DNA of 64,000 nucleotides from Sediminibacterium sp. Gen4 (GCF_013391385.1 NZ_JACBFI010000001.1:159961-223960), one strand, 5' to 3'; positions 30,020 to 39,335 are shown, counted from the stretch's first letter. Notes: generated by a model from the sequence alone, not told the origin. Numbers and translations: made by a program.

Positions 30020-30047
30020 TTATTTATTCACCTATTAATATAAGATC

Positions 30048-30380
30048 ATGAAAATCAAAACTCTAACATTAGCAACTCTATTTACCATTGCTCTTTTTGC
30101 ATGTAATAGTGGTGATCCTGTCAACAATGCTATTGCCGACATGGAATCATTTGTTACCTCTTGGGAATCAAAGTTCAAAGACAAAAAACCTGAAAAAGAG
30201 GATCTTACCCGCTTTAAGAAAGAATATGAAGCCATTTCCAAGAAATATGAGGGTCTAAAACTTGAAAAGAAAGATCTTACTGATGAACAATATGAAAAGC
30301 TGGAAGAGATCCAAGGAAAACTAATGAGGCTTACTATGAGTGTTACCAAGGATGATATCTTAGACAAAATTCCATTTTAG
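30048..30380 (+). CDS. Small helical lipoprotein
   Basis: Lipobox LFAC and a K/E-rich amphipathic helical body. Confidence 0.75.
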   Translation: MKIKTLTLATLFTIALFACNSGDPVNNAIADMESFVTSWESKFKDKKPEKEDLTRFKKEYEAISKKYEGLKLEKKDLTDEQYEKLEEIQGKLMRLTMSVTKDDILDKIPF

Positions 30381-30399
30381 GATGGCATATAAAAATACA

Positions 30400-30445
30400 A
30401 ATAAAAAGAGGGTGTATCAAAAGTTTGATACACCCTCTTTTTATT
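30400..30445. terminator. Perfect 22-bp inverted repeat, bidirectional terminator or REP-like element
   Basis: aataaaaagagggtgtatcaaa-ag-tttgatacaccctctttttatt. Confidence 0.8.
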
Positions 30446-30679
30446 CAGGCAGCTTGATGCAGAAATTTTTCATTTATCGATTCTCAAACCTTCGTTTTAC
30501 TTTTGAAACCTCCTCTTTTTATCTGCACAACTTTAACACACAATATGAATATGGGTATGAGGTGATGTCATTTATATCGTTTATGGAAATTCATTTTATA
30601 CAATACATTATTAAAAAAACAGCTTGTTGCATACTATTGTATGGTAATAAGCTGGTACAATTAGAACGGGTTATTGTTC

Positions 30680-31318
30680 TTATTTTTGATTCCCTTTCAA
30701 CGACTTTACATACTGTTCACTTAAATCGACACTATTGATTGTTTTATAGTTTGCCAGTATATTTTCAGCAATTTGTGCAACATTTACATATTCGTCATTT
30801 CTCCAACCCCATAAGGGAAAGGATGATCCTGGTTCGGGAATAATAAGATCGGGATAAGATTTAGAAGGATCTTCTACGAGCAATGGCATTTGTCCTTGAA
30901 CACCTAACTGATCTGTATATTTACCTTTGTTGTTTTGAATATACAGACTTACATTATTTCCTGCATTACCCGAGGTAAACATGTTTCCCCATAAAATAAA
31001 AATTTCTTCAACACCATCTTTATTTAGATCAACAGGAAAAACAGAAGCAAGGAAGGGAAAATCTTCTCCCCCCTCGAAATAAAAACCGTCTCCCTGTTTT
31101 GTTAGAAGAAAGGTGGTCTGATTAAAGATTTCATTTTTTTGTCGGGCAGTTAATAAACTGGTTACATCTTTAAAAAGAAGGCTTGCCCCAGGCGACAAGA
31201 CCACGTTGTCTGATGATTCTGTGGTCTTGTCTTTTTTTTGGTTCTCCCCTTGTTGTAGTTGGCACCCTGTAATAACTATTAGCCATAACAGTAGAAACTG
31301 TATATTTCTTTTTTTCAT
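30680..31318 (-). CDS. Hypothetical lipoprotein
   Basis: Lipobox ITGC and a DLNKDGVEE Ca-binding-like (DxDxDG) loop. Confidence 0.72.
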   Translation of the reverse strand: MKKRNIQFLLLWLIVITGCQLQQGENQKKDKTTESSDNVVLSPGASLLFKDVTSLLTARQKNEIFNQTTFLLTKQGDGFYFEGGEDFPFLASVFPVDLNKDGVEEIFILWGNMFTSGNAGNNVSLYIQNNKGKYTDQLGVQGQMPLLVEDPSKSYPDLIIPEPGSSFPLWGWRNDEYVNVAQIAENILANYKTINSVDLSEQYVKSLKGNQK

Positions 31319-32784
31319 TACTTAGCAATTAATACAATTGAATTAGATGATAATTCTTGAATAGTGTATTTAGTTCCCAGTCGCTGACTGATCAGATCTG
31401 CTATAGCATCTGCACTAATTTTAGTTTGTAGTAATACCGTTCCTGTGCCCTGTGTAAGTGTTTTATCAGCAATTTTTCCTTTAGTAGCAATAAGATCTGT
31501 TAATGTTTTGAATTTTGTATAATCCGCATTTTTAACAGTGATAGTTACTCCATCAGAAGTCGCTCCAGTTATTTCTTTCGTGATGGGTTGAGAAAATACT
31601 ATTCCTTTAGAACAAAATTGTTCAAGCATATAGTTGGACACCAATGTTCCTGCATTTCTAAGTGCCGATTTTGCAGCTACAAACTCCGCATTATCTAATG
31701 CTCCCGCTTCTAGTCCATTTGAAACCAATATTGTAGCGTCGTCTGTTCTAACAGCTTTGATTTCAACTCTTGCTCGGCAGGTAACTTGTGTTCCTTGAGT
31801 TCCTGTGCGCTGGCTAAAAGCTTCTCCATAAACAACTATATCTGCTCCGAACTCTTTACCCAATGAAATAGCAAGCTTTGGATCTTTTGCTGCATTAATA
31901 AACTTTGCACCATTTTTAATAGTGGCATACATTGCCGCATCTACCACTTTGAAACCTGCTTCAATTAACTTCCGATTGATTTCCGTTTCGGCAGCAGGAT
32001 CGGGAATACGTTCTGTAATATGAAACTCAGGAAGTATCACCATGATTTTGGGTACATAATCTCCTTTTAGAATGGAACAATTAGCGGCCGAATAAACTTT
32101 TGAAGCTGTTTCAACAGATGCTTCCGGGAGTGGCATTTTGTTTTTATTGGCAGCGATAAATTCTACGGCTTGTATAATACCCTTTTCACAAGCATCAGAA
32201 AGCGCTTTATTATTCGCTGTTGAACCCGCTGTTTCCAAACCAATGAATTTAAGACCTCTAAAGCCATTGGATTTCCCTTCAACGTTTATTGATTTAGACT
32301 CAATAATCTCTCTGGTTTCAGCATTAACAAGCTGAATGATAAATCCAATTTTAGCTTTATTCCCACCTACTTTTATACCGAAAGCACCTCCACTCACTTC
32401 TCCTTCGGCAAACTCTGTTACCTTGCCCATTACTATTACTTGCGGACCTTTCATTTTACCGGTTTGAGGTCCAGAGCCCAGTGCCGTATTACCTGTTTGT
32501 GAAAACACAATCTCATCTGTCAGATCTTTTGAGTCTTTAACACTCAATAGTACATTAAAGCAATTCACATTTTGTAAAGCATTACTCAACATCTGTGATA
32601 GTTCATCACCAAATTGACCGGTCGCTTTTGGAGTAGCAGAGTTGAAAGTAGAAACTGAAAGTCTTACTCTTTTATCGTAAGGGAGGCCTTGACATTGTTC
32701 TTTTATTTTTTCAAACTCTACTTTTTGAGACCAGCTCATTTGGGTTAGCAAGAAAAAAAATAGTAGTAGTGATGTTGGTTTCAT
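31318..32784 (-). CDS. CsgG/HfaB-like domain protein with a second related alpha/beta domain
   Basis: First domain: ML..AL...NCFNV, G.VTEF and .QLVNAETREII. Second domain: AETEINRKL..AGF.VVD and GAD.VVYGEA. Confidence 0.7.
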   Translation of the reverse strand: MKPTSLLLFFFLLTQMSWSQKVEFEKIKEQCQGLPYDKRVRLSVSTFNSATPKATGQFGDELSQMLSNALQNVNCFNVLLSVKDSKDLTDEIVFSQTGNTALGSGPQTGKMKGPQVIVMGKVTEFAEGEVSGGAFGIKVGGNKAKIGFIIQLVNAETREIIESKSINVEGKSNGFRGLKFIGLETAGSTANNKALSDACEKGIIQAVEFIAANKNKMPLPEASVETASKVYSAANCSILKGDYVPKIMVILPEFHITERIPDPAAETEINRKLIEAGFKVVDAAMYATIKNGAKFINAAKDPKLAISLGKEFGADIVVYGEAFSQRTGTQGTQVTCRARVEIKAVRTDDATILVSNGLEAGALDNAEFVAAKSALRNAGTLVSNYMLEQFCSKGIVFSQPITKEITGATSDGVTITVKNADYTKFKTLTDLIATKGKIADKTLTQGTGTVLLQTKISADAIADLISQRLGTKYTIQELSSNSIVLIAK

Positions 32785-33083
32785 AACTGATGGTTTATGG
32801 TAGATAATCTTGTTGATTATTACAAACCTATTTCTGGTACCAGATATTTAAAAAGTGCATTGATTATTTGTTGGACTAGATTTATTATTTGATACCTCTT
32901 GTTTATATAAAATTTTTATACTATTTTAGGTTTCCCCCATTTTAGATTTTTCAATATCGCATAGCTGTTATAAATCCTTTTATTGATTCCGGTTTTGAAT
33001 CATGTGGAGGAACTATGTGCAATCATTATTAAACCATAATAATTACACTTCTATTATTAGCTCATTTCTGAATAACCCTGTAT

Positions 33084-33899
33084 ATGTCTAAAATTCAATC
33101 TGCAAAAGAATTACTTGAAACTTACCGTCAACAATCAGCCAGGTTACTTCCTCAACCAACTTATAAAAAAATGGTACCTGAAGAGGAACAGATGGCTGAA
33201 CTTGAACACCTCAAAGAAACCATTCAATATGAGCGTTTCTTTTTTGTAGTAAACCTGCACACGATGGAATTGCAGCATCAGCATGGCGTTGAGCGCTGGT
33301 TGGGATATAAAGACAAAGACTTTGACTTTTATACCTACTTAAAACTTATTCATCCTGCACATGTTGCAGCTCATAATATTACGTCTACCACCCTTATTGA
33401 AGGCCTGATGAGTGGCGATTGGAACATTGAGTTCATGAAACATCGCTATATCACCAGCGCTGCATTACAACACAAGGATGGACATTATATTCTATGCAAA
33501 AGACTAGCATGCATTTTTCAGTATAACGATAAAAATCAATTACTGGAATATATCAATGAATTTACAGTCGTAGGTGCGTATAATGGAGAACCCTTTTCTG
33601 TACGGGCTACTAATGACCAGGGGGAAGAATTGCAATGGCTACAAGATTTTTTAGAAAGAACACAGCGGATTTTTCAGGAAAAAAACCTCTTCAGTTTTCA
33701 GGAGCTGCGTATTCTGCGAAAATATGCATACCACGATCAGCTATCTGTGGCAGACATTGCCAAAGCTTTTAAAATACAGGAAAGCTCTGTAATTACTTAT
33801 CACAAAAGAATTCTAGAAAAAGCCAATCACCTTTTCTCGAATAAGTTTTCTAATGCTAAACAGGTGGCTATTGTTTTAAAACAACAAGGACTTTTATAA
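33084..33899 (+). CDS. PAS-like + LuxR-type HTH transcriptional regulator
   Basis: LGY....F....YL.LIHP (PAS-like); FS.QELRIL, DIA..F.I..SSV.TY.KRIL.K (LuxR-type HTH). Confidence 0.72.
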   Translation: MSKIQSAKELLETYRQQSARLLPQPTYKKMVPEEEQMAELEHLKETIQYERFFFVVNLHTMELQHQHGVERWLGYKDKDFDFYTYLKLIHPAHVAAHNITSTTLIEGLMSGDWNIEFMKHRYITSAALQHKDGHYILCKRLACIFQYNDKNQLLEYINEFTVVGAYNGEPFSVRATNDQGEELQWLQDFLERTQRIFQEKNLFSFQELRILRKYAYHDQLSVADIAKAFKIQESSVITYHKRILEKANHLFSNKFSNAKQVAIVLKQQGLL

Positions 33900-33917
33900 A
33901 TTTTTAAATAACATCTT

Positions 33918-35045
33918 ATGGACGAAAAAATTATCTACTCAAAAACGATTTCAGTATTTGGAGATGGCTTTTATGATTCAAATAGTAATAAAGTCTCTAC
34001 TAAAAATGAAAAACGCAAACTTTCCAGTAAAATGAAAGCCATTTTTCAATCAATGAAAGATATTGCAGTTCCTGATTTTACAGAAGAGGTCTTCATTGAT
34101 TTTTATTCCGATGGGTTCATACGTGCAGATATACGCTATATGTATGATGTATTAGAACCAACAACAGTTATTGGCTTTTTATTTACAAGCTTTCATAAAA
34201 GAAAGGTCAAAGGAAGCAAAGAAACCATTTATGTAGGTACTGCATTTCCTGCAATACAAAAAAAATACAGAGAGGATAAACATTATAGATATAATCGTCT
34301 CACCATGTATATTAAATTTATTTGGTATTATCTGAAATACATTGTCGAAGCAGAAGGACAAATTGATGGTTTAGAATTAGATTCGATCGAACGCCAAATT
34401 AAAAAGCCATCTAAACCCTTAATAGATCTCTTACACATAATTGATAATACATTTAAAAAAATTAAGACTACAAAGAAAATGGAGATACGTATCAATGTTG
34501 AAAATCCAAGTACTTTTTCTGATATCTGTAATTTTAATCTTCGTTCAAATATTACAATACCGAAAGGAGAAGATCTAGATGAGTTCTTAAAAATGACTAA
34601 GGAAGATCTTAGAAAAAGAACTCTATCAAAACAACATACTTATCAAGCTGTTGATGAAAGACCTCCTCATATAGTTAAAGCACCTTTTGCTGTGAACATT
34701 CACGATCAAAAGGTTAATAATCTAAATACAGGTGACCCATATAAAAAATTTTTTATTATTAATAATCCCGAATATCCAGATTATGCATTCAAGTTTATCA
34801 TACCCGTTACTAAACGTAATATCATCAATATGCTTATTAAAGGTTGGGAAATGAAAAGAAGGCAGGATATTATTAATTTTATTGATCATTACATTAATTT
34901 TAAATGGTCAGATCCAATTATTGCGACAGAGAAAAAGAAAGAACTTGAGGTTATGAGTGCTTATTTAAATGCCAGTGAATATAACCTACTTACAGATGCT
35001 CAAATGAAAACCCTAATGGGTATTTTAGGATATAAACTAGCATAA
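33918..35045 (+). CDS. Hypothetical protein with a probable GNAT-like fold
   Basis: 375-aa AT-rich ORF. VIGFLFTSF...YVGTAFPAIQKKYRE resembles the GNAT beta-strands and motif A. Also DP..KFF..NNPEY. Confidence 0.6.
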   Translation: MDEKIIYSKTISVFGDGFYDSNSNKVSTKNEKRKLSSKMKAIFQSMKDIAVPDFTEEVFIDFYSDGFIRADIRYMYDVLEPTTVIGFLFTSFHKRKVKGSKETIYVGTAFPAIQKKYREDKHYRYNRLTMYIKFIWYYLKYIVEAEGQIDGLELDSIERQIKKPSKPLIDLLHIIDNTFKKIKTTKKMEIRINVENPSTFSDICNFNLRSNITIPKGEDLDEFLKMTKEDLRKRTLSKQHTYQAVDERPPHIVKAPFAVNIHDQKVNNLNTGDPYKKFFIINNPEYPDYAFKFIIPVTKRNIINMLIKGWEMKRRQDIINFIDHYINFKWSDPIIATEKKKELEVMSAYLNASEYNLLTDAQMKTLMGILGYKLA

Positions 35046-35116
35046 ACATCCAATTTTGTATCGGTTCAGAACATTTTTAGAACTGAGTTTTGCTTACTGT
35101 CCCCCCTTAGGGGACA

Positions 35117-35944
35117 ATGAACAAAACTCGGTTCTTTAGTTTTATTCCCGAAACTACACTTATGAACCGCTACTTTTTGGGTATTACAGCAACGATTTTG
35201 CTTTGTATCACTGGCAGTGCCTTCATTGCATCACATCAAAGTGGCATTCCTTGTTTACTGCAATTATTGGCTTGTGCTGTTACCTGTATTATCATTACTA
35301 CCTATTTTTTAACTCAACTGAACAACAAGCTTGAACAACAGCAGGAGCAAATTTTAAGATTGCAAATAAATCCCCATTTTCTATTCAACGCACTCAACTC
35401 AATTGGCGATTTTGTTCAACAAAATGACGCGGTACATGCAGACCAGTACTTGTCTAGCTTTTCAAAGCTTATGCGTAGTACGCTCGAAAACAGTACAAAA
35501 AAACAAATCTCATTAAAAGAAGAGCTTTGTAATCTCGAATTATACTTAAAGCTTGAAGCATCCAGATTAAGACAGAATTTCACTTATGAAATACAGGTAG
35601 AAGAGGATCTTTCCCTTGATCAGATTATGGTGCCGCCGATGATATTACAACCATTTATAGAAAATAGTATTTGGCATGCTGTATCGAAAGTTCCGGATGG
35701 AAAGATTTCTATCGCTGTGGCGCAAAAAGGAAAACAATTGGAATATCGTATATATGATAATGGACCCGGGTATCATCCAAATAATATATTGACTCAAAAG
35801 CAAAAAAAATCCTTAGGGATTTCTATTTCTAAAGAACGTATTCGCGCTTGCTATCGGGGTCTATTTTTGCCTTCCGGCTATTTTCAGTACCGGAATTTTG
35901 CCAGAGGAATCATGTTCGCTATTAGAATACCATTGATCAAATGA
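35117..35944 (+). CDS. Minimal LytS-type histidine kinase (2 TM, no ectodomain)
   Basis: LRLQINPHFLFNALNSI, LQPFIENSIWH and DNGPG motifs. Confidence 0.85.
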   Translation: MNKTRFFSFIPETTLMNRYFLGITATILLCITGSAFIASHQSGIPCLLQLLACAVTCIIITTYFLTQLNNKLEQQQEQILRLQINPHFLFNALNSIGDFVQQNDAVHADQYLSSFSKLMRSTLENSTKKQISLKEELCNLELYLKLEASRLRQNFTYEIQVEEDLSLDQIMVPPMILQPFIENSIWHAVSKVPDGKISIAVAQKGKQLEYRIYDNGPGYHPNNILTQKQKKSLGISISKERIRACYRGLFLPSGYFQYRNFARGIMFAIRIPLIK

Positions 35945-36705
35945 ATGGCACTATGATAAAAACAATCATTATTGATGATGAAATGCACTGTATCAATAGA
36001 CTTAAAAGTTTGATCTCAAATTATCATCAAAATCAAATCTCAGTATTGGATGCATTTCAATCTGTAGAAAGCGGCATTAAAGGCATTGAAGCACTTAAAC
36101 CTGACCTGGTTTTCCTTGATATTCAGATTGGTGCCAAAAATGGGTTTGATGTATTAAAGCATTTTGATAAAATTGATTTTGACGTAATATTCACTACGGC
36201 ATACGATCAATATGCTGTGCTGGCTTTTAAATGTTCTGCAGTAGATTATTTACTGAAACCCATTGATATTGAGGACTTAAACAAGTCGCTTGAAAAGCTT
36301 GCTCAAAAACTAGCCAAAGAAGATATTGTTAAGAAATTTGATACGCTGTTATATAATTTATCTGCAAAAGAAAGCCAAGAAAAAAGAATCGCTATTCCTA
36401 CTGTATCCGGTTATCATTTTATTAGGGTAGCAGAAATTATTCGTTGCGAGAGTAACGTGAATTATACGACCATGTTTCTTATCGATAAACAAAAAATCAC
36501 AGTAGCAAAAACATTAAAAGAATATGAAGATATGCTACACCCTTTCGGATTCTTTCGTGTACATAATTCACACCTAATTAATATGTTTTATGTTAAGTCT
36601 TATAACAAAGGAAAAACAGGTATTGTAACCCTTACTGATGGTAAGGAGATTGATGTTTCGAGCAGAAGAAAAGATGCATTTCTAGAAAAACTAAAAGCCT
36701 TTTAG
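35941..36705 (+). CDS. LytTR-family response regulator
   Basis: IIDDE, PDLVFLDIQ, FTTAY, DYLLKP, IIRCES..NYT and FFRVH.SHLIN motifs. Confidence 0.93.
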   Translation: MNGTMIKTIIIDDEMHCINRLKSLISNYHQNQISVLDAFQSVESGIKGIEALKPDLVFLDIQIGAKNGFDVLKHFDKIDFDVIFTTAYDQYAVLAFKCSAVDYLLKPIDIEDLNKSLEKLAQKLAKEDIVKKFDTLLYNLSAKESQEKRIAIPTVSGYHFIRVAEIIRCESNVNYTTMFLIDKQKITVAKTLKEYEDMLHPFGFFRVHNSHLINMFYVKSYNKGKTGIVTLTDGKEIDVSSRRKDAFLEKLKAF

Positions 36706-37818
36706 TACAATTGTTTCCTTTTTTGCAGCAATCATTATACGATTAGCTTTTTCAGTATGTTGAGCTTCTGATATAGGTATTTTTTCAAAAAGCATTTCCG
36801 GATTTTCACGCATATTATTCATACTCTTCGCATAAAGACGATCGTAATAATGTAGGAGTATTCCGAAAGCGCTTTGAAAATCATCTTCCATCAAATAACT
36901 TACTGCATTTTGGGTTTCCAATCCACCCAACCTTTTTTTGATGCGCTCAGTAGCATTGATCAGCTTTTCCTTATCAAAACTTCCATATCCTTTTACGATA
37001 TAATTCAATCGCTCTTCAAAAGGAATATCTAAAAAGTATACACGACAAGTACGCATATACTTAAAAATTGAAATGGGAATATTCACTTCACCGATACGCT
37101 GACTTTCATCTTCCAGCCAAATGGTTTTATTGGTTTCAGATGCGTTGGTTAAAGCATTGGCCAAAAGATTTTCAAACATTTCCTGTTTGGGTTGTTGTGG
37201 TTGTCCAAGATTACCAAAAGCAGAACCTTTGTGACAGGCCAGTCCTTCCAAATCAATCACTGTTTCTCCTTGTTGTGCAAGTGCATGTAGTACTTCTGTT
37301 TTGCCACTACCTGTATACCCACCAATGATCTTGAATGGATATTCTTTTTCAAACTGTCTCAATACCCAATTGCGATACGATTTATATCCACCAACCAAGG
37401 TATACACTTTAAATCCATACAAATCCAACAACCAAGCCACGCCCGCACTCCGCATTCCCCCTCGCCAACAATATACCAGCACCACTTTATCTGCTATCTC
37501 TATCGGCTTAGTCTCTTTCTTCCCATTCGACTTACTGTCAACTGTCAACTGTCCACCACCAACCACTCTCTCCACTTCCTCCACCATCTTCACCATTTTC
37601 GGACCAAAATATTCCAATCCTAATTTAATGGCTTTCTGTTTACTCTCTTGTTTGTATGCGGTACCTACTACTTTTCGTTCTTCGTTGTTAAATAAAGGAA
37701 GGCTATATGCATTCGGAAAATGGGCATGCTGGTATTCCCCTTCGCTTCTTACATCAAAGACAGGATACTGCTTAGACAATCCAATAAAATCTTCTATGAG
37801 CAGTCGGGTTACGGGCAT
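36691..37818 (-). CDS. mnmH: tRNA 2-selenouridine/geranyl-2-thiouridine synthase
   Basis: Rhodanese motifs DVRSEGEY and YCWRGGMRS; P-loop GYTGSGKT; DLEGLACHKGSAFG and EDESQRIG. Confidence 0.93.
   Translation of the reverse strand: MPVTRLLIEDFIGLSKQYPVFDVRSEGEYQHAHFPNAYSLPLFNNEERKVVGTAYKQESKQKAIKLGLEYFGPKMVKMVEEVERVVGGGQLTVDSKSNGKKETKPIEIADKVVLVYCWRGGMRSAGVAWLLDLYGFKVYTLVGGYKSYRNWVLRQFEKEYPFKIIGGYTGSGKTEVLHALAQQGETVIDLEGLACHKGSAFGNLGQPQQPKQEMFENLLANALTNASETNKTIWLEDESQRIGEVNIPISIFKYMRTCRVYFLDIPFEERLNYIVKGYGSFDKEKLINATERIKKRLGGLETQNAVSYLMEDDFQSAFGILLHYYDRLYAKSMNNMRENPEMLFEKIPISEAQHTEKANRIMIAAKKETIVLKGF
37534..37568 (-). repeat. 7-bp array inside mnmH
   Basis: Plus strand actgtca actgtca actgtcc accacca accactc, encoding RVVGGGQLTVDS. 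Confidence 0.8.
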
Positions 37819-37823
37819 GGATA

Positions 37824-37853
37824 CAAATGTAAGTGGACTTTATTGTAACTTTT
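37824..37853. promoter_or_regulatory. Back-to-back -7 boxes for the divergent mnmH and sixA genes
   Basis: TACATTTG on the minus strand (37824-37831, 5 nt from ATG) and TAACTTTT on the plus strand (37846-37853, 4 nt from ATG). Confidence 0.55.
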
Positions 37854-37857
37854 CAGC

Positions 37858-38352
37858 ATGAAAGAACTTCTTGTGATCAGACATGCCAAAAGCAGTTGGG
37901 CCAATGCCTTTCAAGGCGATTTTGAACGTCCGCTGAACGATCGCGGGCACCGCGATGCTCCGGCGATGGCTGAAAGAATGATGAAGCGAGGTGTGGGCAT
38001 TCAATGTTTTGCATCCAGCACCGCCAATCGTGCACTGACTACTGCTGTGTATTTCGCAGAAGCGTATGGTAAAAACAAGAAAGACATTCTTTTGTTCCCC
38101 GAATTATACCATGCACCGGAAGAAATTTTTTATCAAGTCATCACCAAGTTGCCTGATAACAGTAACACTGTTGCTCTGTTTTCACACAATCCGGGTATCA
38201 CTGATTTTATAAACAGTCTCACCAACACCCGTATTGATAACATGCCCACTTGTGGCATCTTTGCTATCAAAACAGAGATCAAGGAATGGCGTTCGTTTAG
38301 AGATGGAGAAAAGGAATTTTGGTTCTTCGATTACCCGAAGAATGATCTTTGA
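37858..38352 (+). CDS. sixA: SixA-like histidine phosphatase
   Basis: RHAKSSW, DFERPLN.RG, SSTANRA..T and SHNPG motifs. Confidence 0.87.
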   Translation: MKELLVIRHAKSSWANAFQGDFERPLNDRGHRDAPAMAERMMKRGVGIQCFASSTANRALTTAVYFAEAYGKNKKDILLFPELYHAPEEIFYQVITKLPDNSNTVALFSHNPGITDFINSLTNTRIDNMPTCGIFAIKTEIKEWRSFRDGEKEFWFFDYPKNDL

Positions 38353-38395
38353 TCTTTGATTTCTTGATTTTTTGACTTTTTACTTTTGACTTTTT
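38343..38395 (+). repeat. Array of 7-8-bp units (TGATCTT/TGACTTT family)
   Basis: tgatctt tgatctt tgatttct tgattttt tgactttt tactttt gactttt. Contains the sixA stop. Confidence 0.75.
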
Positions 38396-38437
38396 AATTC
38401 TTCTCAAAATCTCTACTGGAGTCCTTTGGATAAAAAA

Positions 38438-39328
38438 TCACAGATTCTTCTTCCGAAGATTCACTAAGTACACCCCACTAAAAATACAGATGGCTGCCAG
38501 TGCTTTTGTGATAGTAAAATGTTCTCCCATAAATACCATCGCAATAATGGCAGCGAAGACGGGTTGGGTATAGATATAGGACCCCGTTGCAGATGAACCG
38601 ATCACTGAAAGTCCGTATACATTGAAGAGGTAAGCAAAAAAAGTAACGAACAAAGCCACAAACGCCAAGGCGACCCATTGTGTAGTGCCAAAAGCAGCCC
38701 AATTGGTATCGATGAATTGTTCGAGTCCGAAAGGAAGAATCATGAATGTACCAAATGTAAAGACCCAGCGCAATACATGTATCGGTTTATAATGCTCCAT
38801 TAACGGACGCACCAACACCAGGTAAAATGCATATGAAATGGCATTGATAATGATCAGGATATCGCCTAGTAACATATCTTTTCCAGTCGTACTATTATCT
38901 TTCATCAGTATCAACATGGTAGCACCGCCGATACCTAATGCAAGTCCGGCAATTTTATAAAGCGTCAGTTTTTCTTTGAGTAACCATGCTGCTATAATAG
39001 TTATAAAAATGGGTGTACCCAGTGATAATAAAGAACTATGGATCGCTGTTGTTAACGATAATCCCTTGATGAAAAGTAATTGATTGATCGCTACACCTGT
39101 TAGCGCACACAATAAAAAACGAGGAAGATGCTTTCTTTCAAATCCCACATTACTGGGTTTCATCAAAAAAAGTAACCAGAATAATAATAAACTGGATAGT
39201 ACCCGTACCACATTCAAAGCAAAGGGAGCAATGAATGCAGGTGTAATGGTCTTCACCACAGCATAACCCGCTCCAAAAATAAAGTTGGCGGCTAATACAG
39301 CGAGATGTGCTTTGGTGGTTCTATTCAT
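38438..39328 (-). CDS. DMT/EamA-family transporter
   Basis: About 10 TM segments in two EamA halves. Confidence 0.9.
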   Translation of the reverse strand: MNRTTKAHLAVLAANFIFGAGYAVVKTITPAFIAPFALNVVRVLSSLLLFWLLFLMKPSNVGFERKHLPRFLLCALTGVAINQLLFIKGLSLTTAIHSSLLSLGTPIFITIIAAWLLKEKLTLYKIAGLALGIGGATMLILMKDNSTTGKDMLLGDILIIINAISYAFYLVLVRPLMEHYKPIHVLRWVFTFGTFMILPFGLEQFIDTNWAAFGTTQWVALAFVALFVTFFAYLFNVYGLSVIGSSATGSYIYTQPVFAAIIAMVFMGEHFTITKALAAICIFSGVYLVNLRKKNL

Positions 39329-39335
39329 TGCTTTG

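Noticed and set aside
30382-30738. 118-aa plus-strand ORF
   Set aside because: It starts 1 nt after a stop, reads through a 22-bp perfect hairpin, overlaps the convergent lipoprotein and has no recognisable features.
33006-33032. GGAGG followed by the mini-ORF MCNHY upstream of the PAS-LuxR gene
   Set aside because: The spacing is too short, and Bacteroidota generally do not use Shine-Dalgarno sites. Likely chance.
36691-37818. mnmH as evidence for selenocysteine recoding in the window
   Set aside because: No selD/selA/selB genes and no in-frame TGA at catalytic Cys positions were seen (msrB has a normal Cys). The in-frame stops found are TAA.
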